From Piromyces finnis finn (Eukaryota; Fungi; Neocallimastigomycota): DNA of 64,000 nucleotides. A model generated the notes under the pieces. It made no database searches. It was not told where the DNA came from and worked only from the letters and a program-made list of their open reading frames with translations. Position 1 is the first letter of the stretch; each line of letters starts with the position of its first letter. Of the stretch, positions 1 through 11,057 are shown piece after piece. The translations under genes were made by a program, and so were the position numbers. Location: the NCBI GenBank assembly GCA_002104945.1, contig MCFH01000004.1:558001-622000 (forward strand), given 5' to 3'.

Positions 1-592
1 CGAGGAAAGGAATTAATAATATTGATATTACTATTATCCTTATTATTAATATACATATATATATTTAAAAAATAATGAAGTTATAGCATATCATAATATC
101 TCTAATATTAATGTTAAGATAAATTAGTTTCCATGTGTAATATTAATTCATAACTTTATAAAACTTAAATATTAATATCATTTTAACTTTTCTAAAAATA
201 ACCTTCTTATTAATATTTTATTATAACTTTGCATGTAATAAAAATTTAGAGAAAAAAAAAATGCTCATATGTAATATGTAGCGTTTATCATATTTTTATA
301 ATGAAAGAAAGGCGATAGGCTATATTCTTTAATTAAAAATATTTTATTTCATTATAAAATTTTTTATCTTAATATATATTTTTTGAGTTATTGTATTCTA
401 ATTATTATTCTAATTATTATTATTATTTTAAGCATTTTTTTTTTTTTATATTTAAATTTTTTTATATACTTTTTTTTTTTTTTTTTTTTTATTTCTTTTT
501 TAATACGTAGTGGGAATATAATAATTTTTAAAATAAAGTCATTCTATCTATTAGCATTAATATATTATAGTAAAAAAAAAAAAAAAAAAAAA

Positions 593-2626
593 ATGGAAAT
601 AATTCAGAGTACAATAAAAACAGATGACTATGATAAAATATATAATTTTTTTGATAAAAATATTGGGATAGATCTTGGTTATATAAATAAACCCAATTTT
701 GATATATTAATTTACTGTTTAAGAAACCAAATATCGTATCCTATTATTGAATTGATCGTAAAACGATTTTATTCCAATTTAAATTATGAAACAAGTGCTG
801 GTGAAACGCCATTCTTTGTTGCTCTCGAATATAATAAATTTAAAATTGCAAAATTATTATTAAATCATGGTGCTAACATAAATTTTTGTAATCAACGAGG
901 GGAAAATGCCGTATTTTATTTATTATCAAATGATCATTTAAATTCAAAATCCTTAATTTTTTTATTAAAAAACAATAGTAACATTAGATATACTAATAGA
1001 AATAGAAAATTTATTCTTTTAAAAGAATTGATAACTCATGAAAAACTCTATCTAATTCGAACCTATATTAATTATATCAATTTAAAAATTAATAATGATT
1101 TAATTTCAGGTTTAATTTATGCTTCAAAATCAAACCAAAAAAAAAGTAATCAAGAAATATACGATATTTTAAAAGAGGCAAAAAAAGAATTTTTAAAGGA
1201 AACTAGCATAGATGAACAACTATTTTTAAATGCCATTTTAACAAATAATATTGAAATAGTAAACTATTTTTATTCTTTGAATATTGATTTTATTAAAAAT
1301 TACTTTTCTAGAAATGAAGTATTGACAACTATTTGCAAGGGCAATCGACTCGATTTAATACAATTTGCTATTGAACATGGATCTAATGTAAATGAAAGGG
1401 ATGCAGAGACTGGTGATACTGGATTAATGATAGCTTGCCAAAAAGAGAATATGGATGTAATAAAGTATTTAATAAATCATACCGCTGATGTTAATCTAAA
1501 AAATAATAGTAACTCTACCGCATTAATGTATGCTAGTGAATTAGGTAATCTTTCCATTGTAAAATTCTTACTGGAAAACGCCTCAAATATTGATGATAAA
1601 GATAAGCATAACAATACAGCATTAGTTATTGCATGTAGAAAAGGTGTTAAGGATGTCATCGAATGCTTGATAGATCATCAAGCAAAATTGAATGAAAGGG
1701 GAACCTATGGAGATACAGCATTAATCACTGCCTATGAAAATGGTTACATAGAAATAGTGAAATATTTGGTAGAACATCATGCAGATATTAATGTTAGAAG
1801 TGATAATGGTGCTACTGTATTAATGAGTGCTTGTGAGAGAGAAGATTTGGATATGATTAAATATTTTATTGATCATCAAGCTAATATTAATGAAAGAGAT
1901 AATGTAGGATTTACTCCTTTAATGAATGCATGTGATAAGGGAAATCTTGTATTGGCAAAATATTTAATTGAACATAATGCAAATATCAATGAAAAAGATG
2001 AATGTGGTCATACTGTATTAATGTATGCCTGTGAAAATGGTGATTTAAATTTAGTTAAATTTTTAATAGAGAATAATGCAAATTGTAATGAAATAGGAAA
2101 TGAAGGGGATACCGCGTTAATGTATTGTTGTAAAAGTGGTAATATTGAATTATTTAAATTCTTAGTAGATCATAATGCCAATATTCATGCTAAAACAGAT
2201 CAAGGAAATACCATTTTATATTATGCCTATAAAAATAAGAAATATGGTTTATTTAAATATTTAGTTGTAAAGTATCCACATTTAATTAAAGAAAAAGATA
2301 ATAAAGGAAATTCCATTATATTCCAAATTTATAGGAATAGACATATTGAATTATTAAAATATTTAATTCGTCATCATGCAGATATTAATATTCAAGATAA
2401 ATCTGGAAATTCACTCCTATATTTAGTTTATAAAGAACGAAATGTATCCTTATTTAAATATTTAATCGATCATAATGCCGATGTAAATATAATAAATGAT
2501 GAAGGATTTTCCATAATGAATGATATTAGTAAAAATAATGATTATGAGCTTTATCAATATATACTTCAACATCAACACTTTGTAATTGAACGTAATAGAA
2601 GAGAAACAGGGGCAATTCCATTTTAG
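593..2626 (+). CDS. Ankyrin-repeat protein, intronless, with many tandem ANK repeats
   Basis: Repeated G.T.LM.AC..G.L.IVK.LI.H.A.IN motifs. The likely start is ATG 593 (MEIIQ); the ORF-track extension from 383 is poly-T/poly-A non-coding sequence. Stop TAG at 2624-2626. Confidence 0.9.
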   Translation: MEIIQSTIKTDDYDKIYNFFDKNIGIDLGYINKPNFDILIYCLRNQISYPIIELIVKRFYSNLNYETSAGETPFFVALEYNKFKIAKLLLNHGANINFCNQRGENAVFYLLSNDHLNSKSLIFLLKNNSNIRYTNRNRKFILLKELITHEKLYLIRTYINYINLKINNDLISGLIYASKSNQKKSNQEIYDILKEAKKEFLKETSIDEQLFLNAILTNNIEIVNYFYSLNIDFIKNYFSRNEVLTTICKGNRLDLIQFAIEHGSNVNERDAETGDTGLMIACQKENMDVIKYLINHTADVNLKNNSNSTALMYASELGNLSIVKFLLENASNIDDKDKHNNTALVIACRKGVKDVIECLIDHQAKLNERGTYGDTALITAYENGYIEIVKYLVEHHADINVRSDNGATVLMSACEREDLDMIKYFIDHQANINERDNVGFTPLMNACDKGNLVLAKYLIEHNANINEKDECGHTVLMYACENGDLNLVKFLIENNANCNEIGNEGDTALMYCCKSGNIELFKFLVDHNANIHAKTDQGNTILYYAYKNKKYGLFKYLVVKYPHLIKEKDNKGNSIIFQIYRNRHIELLKYLIRHHADINIQDKSGNSLLYLVYKERNVSLFKYLIDHNADVNIINDEGFSIMNDISKNNDYELYQYILQHQHFVIERNRRETGAIPF

Positions 2627-3160
2627 ATGACGTTTTAATTAATAAAGTTTCATAATACAAAGAATTCTTTTTTTTTTTTTTTTTTTTTTTTAAATACATA
2701 TATTTATTAATTCTTTGTACAAAAATAACCAAGTCAAAGTATTATTTTTGATTAATAGGATCAGAAATTTTAAACAATAAAATATATATAAAAAAAATAT
2801 AATATATATATAATGTAAATGAATATTTCTTTATAAATTAATATATATATTTTAAATTTTATTGGCATAAAGTTTTATATAAATTATATTATTTATAAAT
2901 AATAAAAACTTGAATATTTTCAAAAAAAAAAAAAAAAAAAAAAACTTCTTCTATTTGTATCATTTAAATATGCTTTGTATATAACTTTAAATTATATAAA
3001 GTCTTTCTATAATTAACGTTTTTTAATTATTATAATATTTTATTTTTACAATTTTAATTATAAAAGAGAAAAAAATAAATAAATAAATAAATAAAATAAT
3101 ATTATAAGAGATTTTTTATTTTATAAAAATGCAAATATGTACATGTAAATGTTTTTTTTA

Positions 3161-3598
3161 TTAAAATTGTGTATATATTTCATTTTGATCTTCTCTGGGT
3201 AAATTATAATATTGTAAAATTTCATCTCTTAGTTCTTCATTAGTTTTGGATGTGTATAATTCTATATTTTTCATTATGTCTAATCTAACTATTTTTGCAA
3301 CATTTGCTTTATTATGAACTCCAGCTAAATGAATTAAGAATCCACCTTTATTACCATCAATTACTTCATACTCTATAGTTTTTTCTTTTTCTTTTTCCTT
3401 TTCCTTTTCCTTTTCATTTTCATTTTCCTTTTCATTTTCATTTTCATTTTCATTTTCATTTTCATTTTCATTTTCATTTTCATTTTCATTTTCATTTTCA
3501 TTTTCATTTTCATTTTCATTTTCATTTTCATTTTCATTTCATTTTCATTTTCATTTTCATTTTCATTTTCATTTTCATTTTCATTTTCATTTTCATTT

Positions 3599-3629
<31 letters not shown>

Positions 3630-5519
3630 CCTTTTCATTAACTTTTTCTTTTATTCCTACATATCTATTAAACCAGTATTGAGGAACAATAATATAATGA
3701 TCTTTTTCGTCTGATTTTGTTAAAACATTGTTTTGTGAACTTTGATCATGGAATTTTAAAAGTCTATATGGGTTATAATAATAATAGGATAATGATCGTA
3801 TTATCATGTTTAGTGACCATGGATGTACGCGTAGTAAGAATATCCCGCTATTAAGACCATTATAGTCTGAAGCTATAACCAAATGAATTTGATTCATTTC
3901 ATCAGGTGGTAAAAATGTTTCTAATTTAATATTTGGATTCGAAATTATTGTATCAGCATCAGACCAACTAATGATGCATTTGATAAATTCAAAAGGTAAT
4001 AGTATTAATATTATGTACTCTATTATAATAATAAAAATAACTTATTTGATATTATTTGATTTAAAACCTACAATATCCAGTCATATTTTTTTTCTTTTAA
4101 TCCTATTATGAGACTTTCCAAAATTGAATGAAGTTTCATATAATATATAGCTCTTTCAGTATCATATCTTTCTGAATATAATTGAAATTCATACCCATGA
4201 ATTTTTGAATATTGATATGCTTCGCTAATTGAATTTTCGACTTCTGTATTAGATTTAATTTGATCATGATATTTAACAAGTGCAATTCTAGGTTTTTTGA
4301 ATTCCTTTTCCCAAGATTTAGTTTTTTATAAAATTATGAAGGAAGAAGAATATAAAGAGATAATAAATGAAAAAAAAAAAACTTTAAAAACCCATATTTT
4401 TAATAAGTATTACATTAATCATTATTTATACGACAAATTATAAAAATATTAATAATAATAGAAAAAAAGGATAAATACTTTATTTTTTATACACTGATAT
4501 TTAATATGAAGATATTTATATATTACTCCACATCGGTTTTCGAAAAAATCATTATAAGGTTTTAATGTACATTCTTCTTTTCCTTCACATAAATCTTTTA
4601 CTACGCGTATTGGATCATATCCACAATCCACTTCAGTATAACGATAATCTTCTTTTATGTATCTATTATCTGAACCTGTCTCGCAGTTTTCAATATCATT
4701 TGCATAACGTCCATAAAAAGTATAATTTACAGATATAGTATATTGTGATGGACATGATAATACATATCCTTTTTGACTTTCATATGGTTGATTTTCTTTT
4801 AATTCGCATAGGTATTTTGAAGTTAAAGGAAGAACCTCCTCAAGAGAATCAAAATCATTTATATCATTTTTAAGAGTATTATTTACATAGATATTACTTT
4901 CATCTATATTATCTTCATCTGTGTTATTTTCATCCGTGTTATTTTCATCCGTGTTATTTTCATTTGTGTTATTTTCATTTGTGTTATTTTCATTTGTGTT
5001 ATTTTCATTTGTGTTATTTTTATCTGTGCTATTTTCATCTGTATTATTTTCATCTGTGTTATTTTTATCTAAATTATTTTCCTCTGTGTTATTTTCATTT
5101 AAATTATTTACATCTGTATTGTTTTTTAATTTATTGTTCATTAATAAGCGAAGATTAAGTTTTGTTCCGTCATCATTTTCTCTATCTAATGTAATCGGTC
5201 CATTTATTTCATTTATATCAAGTGGAACAAATCCTTTGACTGGAAATTGTTGTAATGTTATAGTATCATTTTGTTGACATTGTATTTTTTTTATGTTTTG
5301 ATATGCATCTTTTATTTTATCTGTAAGATTGTTTTTATTTATAGATATCATTAATGTTGTAAATCCTGTTGATAACATTATTAATATTATAAAAAGTAAC
5401 ATTAATATTACTTTTTTAATTTTTCGAGATGACAGGAACCTTTTCCGTTTTGTTGTTGTTGTATATAAGGGAATGGCATAATTATTTTGTGATTTTGGAA
5501 AAAGGGGAATATTGTTCAT
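3161..5519 (-). CDS. Type II membrane glycosyltransferase: TM anchor, Asn-rich stem, SUEL/Gal_Lectin domain and GT34 (MNN10/GMA12-like) domain; apparent frameshift or intron in a hexamer repeat
   Basis: Exons 5519-4479, 4304-~4072 and ~3970 onward. TM ILMLLFIILIMLSTGFTTLMISI. Cys-rich lectin LSCP..ISVNYTFYGRY..C..C..LCEGKEEC..YLHIKYQC. GT34 motifs YDWIFWSDADT, DYNGLNSGIFLLR, DQSS, PQYWFN, GGFLIHLAG. Ends DQNEIYTQF-TAA at 3163-3161. Confidence 0.85.
3376..3635. repeat. Hexamer microsatellite (GAAAAT/GAAAGT/GAAAAG)n on the minus strand, inside the GT34 gene
   Basis: (ttttca)n run on the plus strand; one 5-bp unit at 3536-3540. Confidence 0.95.
4914..5115 (-). repeat. 15-bp coding tandem repeat encoding NNT(D/N)E
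   Basis: gtgttattttcat(c/t)(c/t) units; translation NNTDE/NNTNE. Confidence 0.95.
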
Positions 5520-6479
5520 ATTGAAAAAGTCACTTTTTTTTTTTTTTTTTAAAATATATTAATAAACTTTTTTTTATATGAAAAGAATAAGATTATAGTA
5601 ATGAAAAAAAGAAAAAAAAGAAAAATAATTGTAATAATTTATTAAAGTTAAAAAAAGTAAATATTAATATATATTATATATTTAATTTAGCTTAATTTTC
5701 TTTCTTTTATTTTTGCAAATATAATAAGGATAAGGTTAAGACTTTTAAAAGAAAATCAACACACAAAACAAAGATAAAAACAGTATTTTTTAAAATGCTA
5801 TTATTAAATAGAACATTAACAACACTATTATTGTTAATAATATAATTTATAGATTAACACACTTTTCATCTTATTTTCCCTAGTTTCCTTAACTTTTACT
5901 TTATTGAAATGAAATTTTAAACATTTTTAAATAGATATTCAATACTTCAATACGGTACATTAATATTATTGAATATAAAAATTATAACAAATGAGTTTTT
6001 ATGGTATGGTAAAAATGACAATTAAATAATAAATTGGATGATTTTAAATGAATTCAAGGTTAAAAAAATAAAAGTATCTCTATAGGATATCATATCTCAA
6101 AAAAAAAAAGGTTGTTTAAAAATTTGACTTTTAATATAAATTTAAAATTTTAATCCATAAAAAATTTAATTTATATTTAATTATAAAAAAATTTAATTAT
6201 TTTATATTTTTTATATTTTATTTTATTTAAATATTTTATATAGGTGTAAATCGAAAAAAAAAAAAAAAGTTTCAAACTATCGTATAAATATATATAAATA
6301 TATGTATATTTTGAATGTTATACATTTTAAATAATATTATTATTGTAAATATTATTATATAAAAGAAATAACTTTATATACAGATATTTTGTTATTACCT
6401 CATTCAAATAAACAAAAGAAAATTAATTATTTCTCACATTATAAATGATAATTATTTTAATTTAAAATTACGAAAAACT

Positions 6480-6498
6480 CCCCCCCCCCCCCCCCCCC
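6480..6498. repeat. C19 homopolymer in the divergent intergenic region
   Basis: 19 consecutive C residues about 160 bp upstream of the sorting nexin ATG. Confidence 0.9.
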
Positions 6499-6661
6499 AT
6501 AGTAATACTATTATTAATATTTAAAAAGAAATAATTTCACTGAAACTATTATTCAAATAGGATAAAAAGGAAAAAGCTTTTAATAAACAGCCAATTTCTT
6601 AAAAAAAAAAATTTTTTTTTTTATAATATTTAAATCATATTTAATATATAAACGAAACAAC

Positions 6662-7604
6662 ATGTCATTTCAACCTGTTTCTGATCCATTAATGTCACCA
6701 GATTATATGGAAGATATTAATATAAATAACAATGATGAAGAAGAGAATATCAGCAAAATAACACACAAAAATAGTGAATTTGACAATAATGATGATTTTC
6801 CACAAAAACCAAATCTACCTCAAAGTGCTGGAAATCAAATTGATTGTTCATTCATTACACCACCTGAACCTAATATTAAAAAATTATTAAAAACAGCTGA
6901 TATAAATTCTCTTGCTGAATATGGTATTGATACCAGAGATAGAGTTCATTGTTGTGATTTATTAGATAATATCTTTAAACAAGAGAATTATAATGACTAC
7001 ACTATCGAAATTACTCAAGCCGAAAAAATTAACGACTTTTTCGGTAGTTCTTACATTGTTTACACTATTCAAGCTATTAAAAAGGATGGTCATAAAATAT
7101 TATTTGAAACCAAACGTAGATATTCAGAATTTGATATGTTACAAAAACATTTAATAGCACGTTTCCCAACCCTTATTGTTCCACCAATTCCAGGAAAATC
7201 TAATATTATTGAGTATGCTACTGGTTCTGGTAAAAATCAAAAAGATACCATGGTTGAGAAAAGAAAACGTATGTTACAAACATTTTTGAATAGATTACGA
7301 AATCATCCAGTTTTTTCTTGTATGCATATTGTTCATTTATTTATTCAACCAGGTGCTCAATGGAGTTCAAAACAAGATATTATTGAAATAAAAGAAGGAA
7401 CAGATAAAATTGTCTCTTGTATTGATGGTAATGCATAAATTATATTTATGTATTTTTGTTGAATTTTAATAGATCTTTAATAAATTACATAATATTAAAT
7501 AATTTTTCTTTTTTTATAATTTTTATAAATATATTATTATATATATATATATATTATATATTATACGTTATCATGACATTTAATACTTTTATAACAAATA
7601 ATAA

Positions 7605-7655
<51 letters not shown>

Positions 7656-8407
7656 TAGAGCCAAGATTAGCAATAATAAAAGATAAATTAACATTATGTT
7701 TAAAATATATTACTGCAATGTATAATATTCAATCTGAAGCATGTAAAAATCTTCAAGAATTAAGTATATTATATTCCAATTCAGGTGAAATATATAATTG
7801 TTGGTCAATGGAAAGAGAACCCTATGCTCCAATTTTAGATCAATTTAGAAAAGCCGGAGAAGCATTTTATGCCAAATTACAATCCATACTACAAACCATG
7901 GATAATTATATTGTAGATATATTAGTTCAGTATATAAGATATGTTGAAATTGCTTTTGGTGTTTGTAAAGCTTATCGAAACAAATATTTAAGATTCCAAC
8001 AAATTTCTCAACAACTAGATAACAAAAGAAACTATTTAAAACATATGGAAAATGGAAATGCACATGAACCAAGTGCTGAACCCACTGGTGGTATTGGTAT
8101 AGAGAATAATATTCTTAGATTTAAGAGTACCATTAATTCATTTATTGATAATGATCCGGTGATTACGCATCAAAAAAACATTACCAATACAAAAGATATT
8201 ATTGGTCAGTTAGAACAAGATCAAGAAAGTCAACTTAGATTATTAGCTATTGCTTCATTACAAGTGGATACAGATATTCAAAGATTTGAAAAAGAAAGAA
8301 AAGACGATTTTATAAATATGTTTAAGCAATATGCCATTATACATAGAGATCTTGATTCCTTTAAATATGAATTTTGGAGTACAGTGAAGTCCCAAATTTC
8401 TTCTTAA
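6662..8407 (+). CDS. Sorting nexin, PX + BAR (Snx4/Snx41/Atg20-like)
   Basis: PX motifs YIVYTI..KRRYSEFDMLQKHL..FPTLIVPPIPGK..EKRKRMLQTFLNRL..HPVF. Phase-1 intron 7428-7658 joins IDE-PRLAIIKD. Helical coiled-coil C-terminus. Confidence 0.85.
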
Positions 8408-8941
8408 AGTATCCAAAATTAAACATAATTTTTATTTATAGATAAAAAAAATATTTATTAAAATAAAACTAAATCAAAAAACAACAACAACAACAACAAG
8501 GATCAAAAAAAAAAAAAAAAGAAAAAATCGTTCTTTCATTCTCTTACCCTTAAATTTTAATTATAATTTATTTCATTTCTGTAAGAAACAAAAAAAAAAA
8601 AAAAAAAAAAAGAAAAACAATAAAATATTAAAATTTAAAAAATTTTGAATATTAAAATAAAAATTAAAAATAAAAAATTAGTGTATATATATAAAAAATA
8701 ATCATCAAAAAAAAAAAAAAGATAAAATAAAAATTGAATAAAATCTCTTTTTTAACTAATCGCTTATTTCCTATATTATAAATCTTTATATTTTTAATTT
8801 TTTTTTTATTTTTGTTTTATTTGATTTTATTTTATTATTATTTTTTTTTAAAGAAGAGATATAGTAATATTAGCAATATAGTAATGTATGCATTTTAAAA
8901 TAATTATTAGCATAATTATTAGTAGAAAAGAAAAATTTACT

Positions 8942-8977
<36 letters not shown>

Positions 8978-9461
8978 ATATATATAAAAAAAGAATATTA
9001 TAAAATTCAAGAAATAAAATAATAGATATTTTTTTTTCTTTTTTTTTTTTTTAAATAAAATCAAATAATGGTTTATAATAATAATGGTACAAAAAAAAAA
9101 AAAAAAATTATTGTTAAAAAAATAAATAATATTATTTAGAATAATGAATATACTTTAGTAATTTTTTTAAAGTTATTATTAAAAAAAAAAAGATATATAA
9201 TATTAAGTATATCAATATTTTTTAAATAAAATCAAAAATTGAAATATTACTATTTTTAAACTTTTTTTATCTTTTTGCTTTTAATTATAATTGTGAAATT
9301 ATAATGTATTATCAGAAAAAAAAAATTAAAAGTCATAAATCAACTATGTTATTATTATTATTATTATTATTATTATATTTTTTTTTGATTATTTATAAGT
9401 CACTATTATAATTGAAAAAGAATAAACGTTTTTTTTTATTTTGTTTTAAAATTCTTCTTAT

Positions 9462-11057
9462 TTAATTTGTTTTTATTGGAATGGCAGAATTTGTTTTATC
9501 TACCTCAACGTTATACTGAACAGGTGGAGGAGGAGGAGGAGGAGATGGTAATACTGTAGAAGCAGCGACAGCGGCAGCAGTAGCAGCAGTAGCAGATGGA
9601 GGAGGAGGTGGAACATTAAGTGTATTATTAGTATTAGTTGATAGTGGTGAAGGACTTAGTGGTGGCATATCATTATAATTTGAAGAACGAATTAATGGTG
9701 CTGGAGTGATAACTGTAGTGGTGACAGGATTTTCAGGTAGAGAAGAAGGAAGATGAACATGTTGAGTATTAGATGAAGTTTTATTAACCTCTGATTTTTT
9801 AGGAGAAGAAGGGACACAATTAATATTCGTTGTAGTGGTACGACCACGAGAACTCATGGTTGCCGTAGCAGCAGCGGGTACCTTTCTTGCTGCCATTATA
9901 TTTTGGTTATAGTTATGATGATGAATTTTATTTGAATTGGTTTGCTTTGAAGATGAATTATTTGTATCCGGAATACATTGACTAAATAAACGACCTAATA
10001 AAGGTTTTTCGGTTTTAGGAGCGGATCGAGAACGAGTCAATGTAGCATGAGAAGAATATGGGATAAACATTCCCGGGTCCACATTATCTACTGTATAATT
10101 AGAATTTTCATACATATCGTCAACATCATCAACTCCTGTATTTACTGTTCTTCTTTTTACTGATGGATGAGATCTATTGTAAGCATCTTTTAAAGCATAA
10201 ATCCATTCTTGATAATCTGTACTTGTTGAGGCAGAAAAAGTGAAATCTGCTTTAGTAGTATGTAATCTCATACAACAAGCTTGTCCTAATTTAACCTAAT
10301 AATCAATTACATTGATATATATTATATTTTAAATAAAAAAAAAATTTTTTTTTATTAATCTATTTTTTCTTTATATTTATTTTATTGAAATTAATTTACT
10401 TTTATTATTTAAATAAAAGATTAAAAAAATATGTACTTACTTCATCATCGATGCTATTGACATTCATAAAATGAATAAAAATTGGACGACTAGTTTCCTT
10501 CTCAGAAGCTAATAATATTAATAATGGTGTTTCTATGTAATAAAATAAAACACATATTGTCAGATAAAGTTTTACTATTTAAATATTTTTTTTTTTAAAG
10601 TTGTACTTTTAATATTTTTTTATTTTATTTAACTTTGAACTTTGATATATATTATATTATATTATATATTGCAATTCATATACTAAATAAATATATTAAA
10701 TAATAATATATACCTTCCATAGCAGCAAAGGCAATATTACCTAAAATTGCAGCTCTATTTTCCAAACCTTTTTTTTTTTTTTTTTATGAAATTATTTATT
10801 AATAAGCTAAATTTTTTTTTATTTTTTCTTTTTATTTTTTTCTTGTAAAAGTGTAAAAGTATTATAATTTTATACTTTTATTTTGAAAAAAAAAAAAAGG
10901 TATTATATTTACCATTTCCTCCAAATATTGAGTAATAAACTGTAGAAACATCAGAAATAGATAGAGGTAAACATAGAATAACAAAAATTTTTGTATGTTT
11001 TTTATGAATCAAGTAGCCTTTTTTCATAATATCCAATTTATTACCGTATGTATTCAT
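9462..11057 (-). CDS. PH-domain protein with Ser/Thr/Pro-rich tail (4 exons)
   Basis: In-phase splicing gives MNTYGNKLDIMKKGYLIHKK...CMRLHTTKADFTFSASTSTDYQEWIYALKDAY (PH C-terminal helix with conserved Trp), followed by poly-Pro tracts. Confidence 0.75.

Noticed and set aside
383-592. Hydrophobic N-terminal extension of the ankyrin ORF (apparent TM helices)
   Set aside because: It begins at TTG and translates poly-T/poly-A upstream DNA; the real start is probably ATG 593.
4921-5277. Plus-strand ORFs (VLFSS)n and (CYFHL)n
   Set aside because: Antisense shadows of the NNTDE coding repeat.
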